Source: Azolla caroliniana
Taxonomy: Eukaryota > Plantae > Polypodiophyta
Length of the DNA stretch: 64,000 nucleotides
Assembly: GCA_043228905.1 (NCBI GenBank)
Contig: JBHGNT010000021.1
Span: forward strand, 5,146,001-5,210,000
Direction of reading: 5' to 3'
Of the stretch, positions 11,566 to 24,174 are shown in pieces (within the stretch, counting starts at the first letter, position 1; each line of letters begins with the position of its first letter). The notes beneath the pieces are model-generated. The model did no database searches. It worked only from the letters and a program-made list of their open reading frames with translations, and had not been told where the DNA came from. The position numbers were made by a program, and so were the translations under genes.

Positions 11566-14500
11566 TGTTGAGTGACAAGCTCAACGCTGGCTGCGTAACA
11601 CTGTGCGTGACCCAGTGCGTAGACTGGGTGTGTAAAACAGTACGCATAATGTAAGCCGTAGTGGTTCGTAAACCGCGAGGCCGTTAGAAAGATAGTCCTC
11701 GAAAGGAATAACTTTGGGACTGAGTGTAGCGGCTCATTTATGAGCGTCAAGTACTGCCAGTACTTGTGTCAGCCCGATAGTCAGGGCTTGTATAAAGGTG
11801 CTCACTGAGCATGAAGTATGTACAGAACAGAGAGTCATCATTGTGAATTTGAGTTTTTACGTTGTCTGATCTCTCACTCTCTGTCTCTCCCTCTCCATCT
11901 CCATCTCTACGTTTTATGTGTCTTACCGAATTGTCTTATTCCTCCGAACTGTGTACTCTGTGTTTACGCACATGCTTCCGCACAACATATTCTTTTACAT
12001 GGTATCAGAGTGCGAGGGTTGAAGTCCTCTACAGCCGACACGAAAAGCTTGTGACAAAACAGAGTTGAAGTTGTTCGGAAAAGAAAAAGACAACAATATG
12101 GACAGAGGAATGGGAAGCTCACTTTCGACTGAAAAGCTTGATAGAAGCAACTACGCATCTTGGTCTTGCAAGATGCACTAGTACCTGCTCGGCCATGGCT
12201 ACTAGAGTTATGTCGAAGGAGCAAACAATGTGGCACCCGACTCGACACACAGGGACTATCTGGCTTGGGAACAAGCAGCAATCAGAGTGCTGTACTGCTT
12301 CGCGTCCTGCGTGAGCGATCAGCCTTTGAGCTATATTCGGGATGCAAAGACGCCGAAGGACACGTGGGCGAATCTCAAAAGGATTTTTGCTGCTAGCACA
12401 ACGGCCAGGAAGTTCCAGCTCAGACAAGAGCTTAGTAATGTACGACAAAGAGATATGTCGGTGGTTGATTACACCACCAAGATCAAAGAAATCTGCGATT
12501 CTCTCGCCTCCGTCAACGTGAACGTCGAGGAAGATGAAATGGTGCAGGTTTGTCTTGGTGGCTTCGCGTCAAAGTTTGGACCTTTCTGAATGGCAGTCTG
12601 CACGAGGAAGATTACGCCTTCGTTTTTCGAGCTTCAGTCGATGTTGCTTGTAGAAGAAAACCACGCGGGTGCATCGATGAGTGCGCACGCCGATGGCAAG
12701 ATGCTTTACACGGAGGATGATAGGCCCCGTGGTCGTGGTGGACGAGGCGGATCGGCGTGCAATGGAAGCGGCCGAAAAGAGCAGAATGTACGACATAATC
12801 GAGATGCCGGAAGCAGGGGAAATCATGGCGGCGCTGGAAGTCGACAAGAGAAGACCGCGCCGGATTGCTGGTACTGTGGCAAGAAAGGCCATAGGGAGAG
12901 TGAGTGCTGGAAGAAACAAGCTGACTTGGAAAAAGCTGGACCGAGCGGAAGAGACGCAGGAAGGCGTCAAAGATCGCACTACGCTGAAGGCTCGGAACGA
13001 GCTGGAAATGGAGCGGGCTCTGCCTTCGTAATGAAGCATACGACCAACCCAATGGCCGTGAACACCTCGAAATCAAGCGAGGTGTGGTATGTTGATTCTG
13101 GAGCGTCAAATCATATGACGAGTCACGAGGAATGGTTCTCGTACTTGGAGAAGCCGGAATCATGAGGGGTTGTCGAAACGGGAGATGACACCCCGCATAC
13201 CATCGAACATGTCGGAGAAGTTCCCCTCAGCCACGTCGGGTAGAAAGGGAAGCTTATGAATGTGTTGCACGTCCCGACAATAATGAAGAACTTGGTGTCG
13301 GTCGGTCAGATCGTTGACCAAGGTATGCATGTTCGATTCATGCACCTCGGTTGCTTCATAGAAGAGGAAGGCAAAGTGATCGCGCAAGGGCACTGTGAAG
13401 GGAGGATGTTTATCCTCGACACTAATCAAGCAGGAACCGCGTTGTACGCGAAAGGACAAAAGGTCGAATTGGATATCGACATGTGGCACAAGCGGTTCGG
13501 CCATGTAAATTTCCCACATCTTCATGAAATGCAGACGAAGAACATCGTATTCGGATTGCCGAAATTTCGGTGTCGTAATCCCCAAGTTTGTGAAGCCTGT
13601 CAGATGGGAAAACAACACCAACTTCCATTCCCCAATGAGCGTAATCGTAGTCAAAGTCTGCTGGACTTAATCCATTCGGATGTGTTAAACCCTAAACCCT
13701 AGCACAGAATGTGAGTCTCGGTGGAAGCCATTACTTTGTAACCTTCATCGATGACTTCACTCGGCACACGTGAGTATGCACAATCGCAAAGAAGAGCGAA
13801 TTCTTCGCATGTTTCCTGAAGGTGAAGAGCCTTGCAGAAAGAGAAACAGGGTGTAAGACCAAATGCCTATGGTCTGATGGTGGGAAGGAGTACTTCTCCG
13901 ACCAGTTCACGTGTTATCTACGGAAGGAGGGAATTCGACGCGAATTCTCATGTAGATACACGCCGCAGTAGAACGGTGTGGCCGAGCAGAAGAATCAGAC
14001 GATTGAAGAAGCGGAATCAGACTTCTGCTAATGTAGGAGTGTCACCACATGAGTTGTATTTCGGGAAAAAGCCGAACTTGGCACACTTGAGGATCTTCGG
14101 TAGCATTGCATATGTGCATGTGCCGAAGGAAAAGAGGAGGAAGCTGGACGCCAAAGCCGAAAAGTGCATCTTAGTCGACTATCCAGACGAATAGTGAAAG
14201 GAACAACACGCTCCGTATACGCAACGCTCGGCCATAACCGAGCTTAGAATCATACACAGAAAACGGGAAATAATGAACGACACGAAGAAGAGACGAGTAC
14301 ACAGGATGTTTACGTGGAAAACCCAAACTAAGGGAGAAACCACGACAGCCCACAGACTGCAAACTATCACTATGCTAGAATGTACAACAGTGAGTTCACG
14401 GAGGCAACGACCTCGTGCTCACGATCCTCGCCACAGGCGGCGGTTACAACAGAGGCAACGACCTCTTTCTCTCTCTCTCTCTCTCTCTCTGTACACAGTT

Positions 14501-17500
14501 CCGCGCTCTCTCTCTCCTTGCGCCAACAAGAATAACACCAACAACAGTAACATAAAAGTTTGCCCTAAGTCATATTTATACTAATATGCCTTTTCGGCTA
14601 TTTACAAATATAGCCTCGATGGACTCTCAGAAACATATTTACGAATATGTCTCTTCATCCGGTGAGCATTCCTCACCGGGTCTGCACCATCCGGCTCTCT
14701 GTAACCGGGTACTCCTTATCTGGTTCTCACCGGGTCTGCACCATTCGGCTCTCCGTAACCGGGTACTCCTCATCCGGTTCTCACCGGGTCTGCACCATCC
14801 GGCTCTCCGTAGCCGGGTACTCCTCATTCGGTCTTCATCGGGTCTGCACCATCCAGCTCTCCGTGGCCGGGTACTCGTCATACGGTTTCGGCCTCGGCCT
14901 ATCGGCCTCGGCCGAGTTTGTTCAACACTGTTCTTCTCCTTTCCCATCCGGAGGGACCTGTCTCCCAACAAATAGAAGGGGTATAAATGTTATAACCCCC
15001 GAACAAAGGAAGTACGCGTAAGTTGAGATGTCGTGTTCGACGAATCCGCTTCGTGGTACTTACCTTCATCTCTAGTACCTCAAGACTTTGTTCTGATTTC
15101 TGAAGAAGAGATCAGCGAGGCTGAAATGCCTCCGCATGATGAGGACGTCAGAGCTTTGAGAGAGAGTCCGATCTCATTTCGGCTTAGCGGGCCGAATGAA
15201 AGGTTGGGCCAAGATGGCCAACCAGATGATGAGACAGCAAGTAGTGGAGACTCAGCCGTGATGTCCCCATGTAAAGAACTGAGGAGACAGTTTACGCGCA
15301 CGGAGAAGGGCAAGAAGAAAATGCCGGAGTATGATTTCGGCCGCCGAGTCAGTTCGAAGTGAATCTGACATTGAGCTGATCGTAAAGAGAACTCCATTGA
15401 CAAGGTCGAAATCGACCGAAAAGATCACGAAATCGAGTAATCACGAATTACGCCGATCTTCCCCCCAGAAGAATCCTGTAAAGAGGTACGGGTATAATGA
15501 GTACATGGTGCACCATTATGCATACATGACGCGAGTGGCGGAAGTGCGTGAGTTGGAGAGCTACACAGAAGCAACGAGAGACACAAATTGGCGTGCCGCA
15601 ATGGAGGAAGAGATGCGTGCCTTAACGCAGAACGAGACATGGGACCTGGTTGACGCACCGAAGGGTGTGAAGCCGATCGAATGTCGGTGGGTGTATAAAG
15701 TGAAATACAATACCGATGGCTCCGTCAACCGCTACAAGGCCCGTTTAGTAGCAAAAGGCTACGCGCAACAACACGGCATCGACTACGATGAGACGTTTGC
15801 GCCAGTCGCAAAGATGAAGACCGTCTGTGTTTTGCTAGCCGTAGCTGCAACAAAGGGGTGGCACTTACATCAGATGGATGTAAAGAATGCGTTCCTGCAA
15901 GGTGAGCTTGAGGAACATGTGTACATGATACAACCCCCCGGATTTCTATCTGAACGAAACACCTCGGCAGTTTGCCGATTGAAGAAGTCATTGTACGGAC
16001 TTAAGCAAGCCCCGCGAGCTTGGAACGCGAAGATTACGCAATAGCTGCGTAGGATGGGTTTTTCGACTGTCGTAACCTACGGCCGAACACCTTCAGTGCG
16101 CGCAAAGGATATTGCGATATGTAAGCGGCACGAAAGACATGGCGTTGCTATATCGAGCAAGCGTAGCCGAACAGTTAGTCGGCTACACGGATGCCGATTG
16201 GGCCGGAAACGCCAGTGATCATAAATCCACATCCAGATACGCCTTCTCGTTAGGCAGTGCGGCGATCGCGTGGAGCAACAAAAAGCAGCCGACAGTAGCA
16301 CTGTCGAGCACGGAGGCCGAATATCGAGGGGCGACTGTCGCTACGTGCGAAGTCATTTGGCTGAAACGACTATTACGGGATTTGCAGGTAGAGGTGTCTG
16401 ATTTGATGACGATATGTTGCGACAACCTCAGCAGTATCCACCTTGTGAAAAACCTCGTGTTCCACGCCCGAACCAAGCACATTGAGGTGCATTTCCATTT
16501 TCTCCATGAGCAGATCCTTTCAGGGGAAGTCGAATTGGTGCATGTTTCGACTGATCGGCAGATTGCCGACATCTTCACAAAACCTCTTGGTCTCGATAAG
16601 TTACAACATTTCTCGGGTGAGCTTGGGTTGTGTCACCTCGACACGTCGAACTTGAGGGGGAGGAAGGAAGACAAATAGAACCAAGATGCGGAGTCGGATG
16701 GAGAATTTGACTTCGAACCGGCTGAAGAAGCCGAAGATAGAAGCAAGGGCCGTAAGCATAAGAAGGAGTTGAGGACAACCGAAATAGGGGGAGATAAGGC
16801 CAAGACTAAGACGTGGTCGGATGTTGTCAGGGGCCTGAAGATTGAGGATGAGTTGGAGACAACCAATTTGGATGGGAGTGAAATTGAATCAGAGGAGTTT
16901 GATTCAATCGGTATGTTCGATTCGGATACGCCGAATCAACTGAAGGCCACGTGGAGAAAAGGGTAGCGAAGGACGCACCGACACCGCGACAACAAGGGAG
17001 TTGAGCAGGGCCGAATAAGTAGACAAGCCGACTAGAAGGGTCGAAGCGCGCGGAATCGAACGGGTCGAGGAGCGCGGGCGAGGCGTGAAGCCAGAAGGAA
17101 CCAGAGCGTAGATCCGAAAGAGCAGACAGAACCTCAAGTTGAGCTTGAGGGGGAGTGTTGAGTGACAAGCTCAACGTTGGGTGCATAACATTGTGCGTGA
17201 CCCAGTGCGTAGACTGGGTGCGTAAAACAGTACGCATAATGTAAGCCGTAGCGGTGCGTAAACCGCGAGGCCGTTAGAAAGATATTCCTTGATAGCAGTA
17301 AATTTGGGAGTGAGTGTAGCGGCTCATTTATGAGCGTCAAGTACTGTCAATACTTGTGTCAGCCCAATATTCAGGGCTTGTATAAAGGTGCTCACTGAAC
17401 ACGAAGTATGTACAGAACAAAGAGTCATTATTGTGAATTTGAGTTTTTACGTTGTCTGCTCTCTCACTCTCTGTCTCTCCCTCTCCCTCTCCATCTCTGC

Positions 17501-17589
17501 GTTTTATGTGTCTTACCGAACTGTCTTATTCCTCTGAACTGTGTACTCTGTGTTTACGCACACACTTCCGCACAACGTATTCTTTTACA
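11566..17589 (+). mobile_element. Ty1/Copia element 'Copia-2' inserted in the 5' LTR of Gypsy-1
   Basis: 434-bp LTRs 11566-11999 and 17156-17589; perfect TSD ATCAT; PBS TGGTATCAGAG at 12000; gag, CWYCGKKGHRESEC, DSGAS, integrase, RT (C-terminal half deleted near 16075), RNase H; PPT 17144-17155. Confidence 0.95.
14195..14970 (-). mobile_element. Solo LTR (Copia-3/4 family) inserted in the Copia-2 integrase
   Basis: TG..CA ends; perfect TSD AATAG; homologous to LTRs 53927-54571 and 58912-59605; about four 54-bp tandem repeats at ~14672-14890. Confidence 0.92.
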
Positions 17590-17844
17590 ATCATGTTCAT
17601 ATCATATACGTTTTTTTCTTAAATCATACTTTTTCTCTATCTTGCTTCTTGAATCATACATTGTCTCTATCTTTTATCTATACTCGTCTCTCTCTCTCTC
17701 ACACACACATTACTTTAAACTCTTATTCTTCTTATCCTTAATCTTCCTAACATTTGTGCACAAGCCTTATAAAAGTTCCTTCAACTCCCCTTAACCTTAG
17801 TCCCTGTGACTTCGCCACACGAACCACAACTACCCCGACACATT

Positions 17845-17862
17845 TGGTGAACCCGACGTGAA
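17845..17862 (+). promoter_or_regulatory. Primer binding site complementary to the 3' end of tRNA-Trp
   Basis: TGGTGAACCCGACGTGAA is the reverse complement of the plant cytosolic tRNA-Trp 3' end as I recall it (...TTCACGTCGGGTTCACCA); same PBS at 48617-48634 and 52642-52659 (-). Confidence 0.8.
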
Positions 17863-20800
17863 GGCGGCGACAAGGAGAAATGGAGGAGCAAATGAGGCTT
17901 ATGTGTACGATGGTGGAACGAATGATGCGAGACCAAGGGATGATGTCAAGCATCGACAAAGCTGTCGACAATATTGTTGCTTGAGTAGGAATCTTCGAAG
18001 GTATAAATTTAACAAGATTTCTGAAGATTTACAATGAAGAAATGCTTAAACGTGGTGTCGACGAAGCCACAAAAATTAATCGCTTTAGTCGAGTTGCCAC
18101 AATTGGGCTACAAGAGAGGATCCAAGACCTATAGAGGGAGCATCAGACATGGGCAACTTTCAAAAGAGCATTATTGAATGAATACAACCTCAATGATATG
18201 TCAAGGATGACAAGGCGAGCTTTCATGGATTGGGTAGAGTCTGATAAACAGTTATGTGTTTTGGAAGTGTTAAAAGAGTTTTCAGAAAGATTTGAGCAAT
18301 TAAATGTTAGGGATAGAAACATAATAATGCCAGATAAAATAATATTGTTTCTACAAGCTAGTAATATTAAAGACAGGAAGGACTTGGGGAATGCTTCTGG
18401 AAGATCAAAATAGTCCGAATGGACTTACCGAAGACTGGGAGGAGGTGAAAAGGGCTTGCGCCCATTTCTGTAAAAGAAAGTTATGGTTTATGGAGCTGCC
18501 GGAGAGGAAGGGAGACGAAACGGGAAACGACTCGGGAGAGAAGAAAATAGAAGATTCACCCTTGCATGAGTTGGTGAAAGGCATGAAAGACTTGCCAATC
18601 AAAGTGACGAAGCTAGAATCGGGACAAAGCTCAACTTCGTCAAGGCAAGGAGGTGGAATGGTCCGAAGGTGTATGTGGTGTGACAACATCAACCATTAGA
18701 AGAAAGATTGTCAAGAACATAGGGATGCTCTTAATCATGATAAAATCTATTATCAAGATGGTAAGATTCACTCGACAGAGACTCGACAACCACTTCAACT
18801 CAACTTCGGGCGAGGTGGAATGAAAAAGCTAATGGAAGATGCCGAGAGAGAAACAACTCAAGCGATACAATCCATCGCAACGTTAGGGTTGCGTGTAGAA
18901 GACTCATATGGTGGATCTGGCTTTTGGCAAGATGTGATGGATTATGCAAGAAAAGGGAAGGTTCGAGTGGATGAATTAAAAAGAGCAGGAGATTAATTAA
19001 AGAGAGCTGAGGAGGCTGATCCGGCAAAGAAACATGAGACACGAGAACAAAAGAGAAGGGATATGGAAAAAGGTGCTCCTAAGATGAAGGAAGCTGATAG
19101 AGTAAAAGGGAAGGCACGCCCATCTTTCAAGCTTGCTTCAGACATAGAAACAACGACGGTTTTAAAAAAGGTACTAGAAACCAGAATATTAAATAGTAAG
19201 GTAGAATTTACTTTAAGAGAAGTGTTGGGTATAGCAAAGAAAGAATTTCATGAAGTTATCATAGATATTATTAGAAGAAAGAGACAAGTGACGGAGGAAG
19301 TTACGGGAGGGTGTTCAACAACACTTCAAGATTTGTATGGTGGCACCATTAACGCTGCAAGTGTAAAAAACAGAAATGATGTTGGGGTTCATGAAGAGGA
19401 TAGGAGTCACTATACAAGGGACAATTGGGCTCGAGCAACAACGGAGGCACCTACAAAAATTGGGGAAACAAATTCCATGTATTGCTTTGATCGATCATGG
19501 ATCCGAGATTAACATGATGTCGTTGGAATTTTACGCTCAAGGACGGTGGCCGATCGACAAGAATCATGGGTGGAAGGTAAGAGTTGCCACAGAGACCACG
19601 AAAGATTTATTCGGAGCATGTCCCAGTGTAAAGGTAATAATTGGTGATGTGTCGGTGAATCAAAATTTCTTTGTGCAGGATCGATCAACCTACCCCGTCA
19701 TCCTTGGGCAGCCTTACATCACCGTAGTAAAGATGGAAACAAAGGTGATTGATGATGGTTCAACTTTTGCAAGGATTAAGAGTAAAGATGGAAGGAAGAC
19801 GGTCCAATTCTTAATTGTGAGGCCCAACCACAAGAAATAAAGAATGCTTGAGGGAGCATCCAGTTCAGGAGGTAGATGAACAATTTTCTCAGGATTTTTA
19901 GATAGGGCTTTTACAGGTAGGGGTTGTGATAGCCCAGACATGAAAGAAAACCCCATGAATAATAATGTAAATAAAGATATTCCTTGTACAATCTCATCTA
20001 GTGGTGCTACTTTTATACTAAAAGTAGATAATAATAAAATACAAAATGCTTTCGAGTACTTTAAGTGTTCTGGATTAATAGATGATGATAAATAAATTCA
20101 GGATATGTTTGAAGAATTAAGTTTTGAAGATACGATAACTCATTTGGAAGCAATGGAGGATGACAACGAAATCCAAGTTCCTGTCCATTCAATCAAGATG
20201 TACGAGGTCATTGAAGAAGTTGCTCGAAAGGATCATGAAGCACATGTCCTAACAAAGTACAAGATAGTGGAGAAGAAGGTTCATCCTATTGTTGCTCCAC
20301 TTCCAGGGGATAGTGAAAGAGCAATTAAAGAAGCAGCCATAGAGCCAATGATTAGAGACCCATGAAAGGTGGGACATGTGTTTACTCCAAAAACAACACA
20401 AGGGATGAAAATAGGAGGGGGTGACTTCCTATTACCAGCTGAAGAAAAGCAATTTAGGGAGATATTAAAAAAGCATGGAAAGGCGTTCGCATTCCAACCT
20501 GAGGAAATAGGGTGTGGATCCAAAAATAGTGGAGCCCATGGTTATATTCACTATCCCTCATATTCCATGGAATTTTAAGCCAATACCCATGCCTAGGGGT
20601 ACAATCCCTCAATTATTAGAACTTCTGAAAGAAAAGATAAGGATGGGTATCTTGGAACCATCGAACGCCCCTTACTCGAGTCGATGGTTCATTGTGTTAA
20701 AGAAAGATGGGCGACTCCGATTTATCCAAGATATGCAACCCGTGAATAAGGTAACAATTCGAAACTTGGGAGTAGGGCCAATTGTAGATGAGTTTGCTGA

Positions 20801-23800
20801 GATGTTTGTAGGAAGAGCTATATATTCTATGGGAGACCTTTATTTCGGGTATGATCAATTTCAACTTGCTATCAAAAGTCGAGATATTACTTCTATCAAG
20901 ACACCTATAGGGTTAGTATGGATGTGTTCCACAAGGAGCGACCAACTCAGTGGCACATATGATGAATAGAATGAACAAGGTACTTCGTGATTTCATTCCT
21001 CATATTACAATGCCTTTTTTAGATGATGTTCCGATTAAGGGATGCAAGGAGGAAGAGAAGAATGAGGAATTGGAATAAAGTGGTTGTTGACAATTCGTTG
21101 CCGACCATATCGAGGATTGTGAGAAGATACTATCAAGGATGGAAGAAGTGCATTTGACCTTATCAGAGGCGAAGTCAATATTTGGGGCAAAAGAAATATT
21201 AATAGTTGGTCATATGTGTGGTCCGTATGGGAGAAAGCCATCACCAACCAAGGTCACTGCAATTCAAAATATGCAAGAGGAATGTACATCCGTTTCAGAA
21301 GTACGAAGGTTCCTGGGGGTATATGTTTTTTACTGTCGATGGATTCCGCATTATGCCCATCTATCTGAACCTTTATATAGACTCCTAAGAAAAGGAGAAA
21401 CATTTGAATGGAGTGAAACGCATTCCGAGGCAATGAGGAAATTGAAGTCCTACTTGGCACACGCTCCACCATTAAAGCAACCTAACTACACTTGGCCCAT
21501 ATATCTCACAGTAGACTCCGATCCGATTGGAATTGGATGGGGAAGAAAGGTATCCAGTTCGATTTAGAGCGAAGGTTCTTAGTGGTCGACAAAGAAAATA
21601 TGCACAGGTGAAAAGAGAGCTATGGGGGATAGTAATAACAGTTAAGACAGATAGAGACTACTTAATTGGTGCTGAAGTAATAATAGAAACGGATTGTTTG
21701 CCGATTCTTGGTATCATAGCTAATTGTGATATTCCAGATCAAGCTATGTTAAGATGGTGCATCTATATTAGATCAATTAACCCTGAAGTTTGGCATATCT
21801 TTGGGAATAGAAATGCAGTAGGAGATATGTTATCAAGAGCAAGGTATGAGGAAGAGGAGATTCTAGACTCGGACGACGAGGACAAAGAACAAACAGTCCT
21901 TACCACAACCATTACCCGGGAAGGAGGAATGCAGTTTTTAGAAGAGGAGTATGAAGAAGAATTCAAGGAAATAGGGAAATACCTACAAACCCCTGACAAG
22001 TACAAAGGTCGATATGGAAAAGAGTTTGCACAGTTTCGCAAGAAAGCCCATAAGTTCTTCCTGCATGAAGGATATCTATGGCGACATCTGAAAACCAAGA
22101 CTGGAAACCCGCAAAGAGTAATAGGTTCTAAAGAGCAAAGAAAGGAGATAATGAGAGAGTTGCATGATAAAGAATGGGCTAGTCATCGAGGAGTGTGGGC
22201 CACTTTTAGTACTTATTAAAGAACGGTTTTGGTGACCTCGATACTATGAGGAAATAAAAAATTATGTGGAAACTTGTCCCACTTGTCAATATTATTCAAA
22301 TGTAAAATTTTGTGATGAGTTACACCCAACATACTCACTGGGGGTGCATTACAAGTGGATGATTGATTTGATAACAATGCCACTTGGAGTAGGACAAAAG
22401 AGATACTTGGTTCTTGCAAGTGAAGATCTAACCAATCAAGTGGAAGGACGTGCACTGTGAACAAAAGGGACATTAGGAGTATGTCAATTCATCTTGGAGG
22501 ACATTGTTTGTATATGGATGTATCGGGAAGATAGTGGCAGACAGGGGAGAACTCAATTCTACAGAAGCTCAAGATTTTTTCGACAAAGTAGGAATTCGAC
22601 TTTCTTTGACAACAACGTATAATCCAAAAGCTAATGGAAAGATAGAAAGGGGGCATGGGCCAATAGTCAAAGCTTTAGGAAAGACATGTAAAGGACGAGT
22701 TAGTGATTGGTGAAAAATCTTACCTTATGCATTGTGGGCTGATAGGACAACTCACATCACTGTTACTGGATATATACCTGCAGAATTAATCACAGGGCAG
22801 AAGCCGATAATGCCAATTGAAGAAAAGATAACTATATGGGTTGTGTTGCCTTGGGAATCAGAAATGAGTAGGGAAGATTTACTTGCGATTCGGATACAAC
22901 AACTTCAATCAAGGATAGAAGACATAGAAAAAGCTGCTACTAGATTGAAAGAGGCAAGAATAAAGAATAAGGATAGATTTGATAAGATAAAAAGAATACG
23001 ACCAAGAAAGGTGCAAGAAGGAGACTGGGTATTAGTATATGATAGCAGCCTAGATAATCAATATAGTACTATTCGGAAGTTCGCAAAAAGATGGTTTGGA
23101 CCTTATGAAGTTAGGAAAATAGCAAATAAAGCCACATATTTCCTCTATGAATTAGATGAGACAGAAATTCGTATCCCAATTGCAGGAAAAAGGATTAAAA
23201 TATTTAAAAGGAGGGAGTAACTAGAGCCCGAACTTTATAAAGAAGTAGAAGAACTAAAAGAATAAGAAGAAGTGTTGGATGAACTTTGCACAACTAATGT
23301 GCAAGTTAAGAGGGGGTGGGTGTCGTGAAGAATGTGCTTCACGATATAAAAATGAACTTAAATATTGTATTTAGTAATATTTGAGAAACTTGAACCCACA
23401 CTCTTATATATGAAATACAATGTACATGCCACTACGCTCAACTATTTATTATTAGAAATATTGTAAAGAATGTGCTTCATGATATAAGAATGAAGCTAAA
23501 ATATTGTATTGAGTAAAATTGAGAGACTTGAACCATCCACCTTGTATACCACGCATAAGGTATACACCACTTAGCTAGGTTAGTTATTTTAGAATATTCA
23601 TTATACTTATCCCATGTCTATTTTCATACATGGAAGTTGAAATGAGCGAGATGTCTATCATGCATCACATGCATTTCATGCACTGTATGCATGTCTTTAC
23701 CCTCACATGCATTATATGCATGGGGGCACCTATAAAAAGAGGGGAATCAAGAGAAAGTTAGAGAATAATATAATGAAACAAATAAATTAGCTTGTTGATG

Positions 23801-24174
23801 AAGAGGCTCGTGCTTCCAAGTTGGAGTCAAGGGTTAGAATCAAGAGTCGATAGAGAAAGAGTTCATCTTTCTATCGAGCATTGTAAAGTTGGTAAAATCT
23901 TGTATTCTTAATATTATATATCATGTTCATATCATATACTTTTTTTTCTTAAATCATACTTTGTCTCTATCTTGCTTCTTGAATCATACATTGTCTCTAT
24001 CTTTTATCTATACTCGTCTCTCTCTCTCTCACACACACACACATTACTTTAAACTCTTATTCTTCTTATCCTTAATCTTCCTAACATTTGTGCGCAAGCC
24101 TTATAAAAGTTCCTTCAACTCCTCTTAACCTTAGTCCATGTGACTTCACCGCATGAACCACAACTACCCCGACA

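Larger units (their letters stand above)
10851..24174 (+). mobile_element. Ty3/Gypsy element 'Gypsy-1', tRNA-Trp primed, no chromodomain seen, degenerate
   Basis: 5' LTR 10851-17840 (split by Copia-2); 3' LTR 23321-24174; PBS 17845-17862; PPT 23308-23320; gag ~17880-19450, protease IDHGSEIN, RT FLDD, RNase H, integrase ending near 23220; imperfect 4-bp TSD ACAA/ACGG whose removal restores the LINE frame. Confidence 0.92.
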
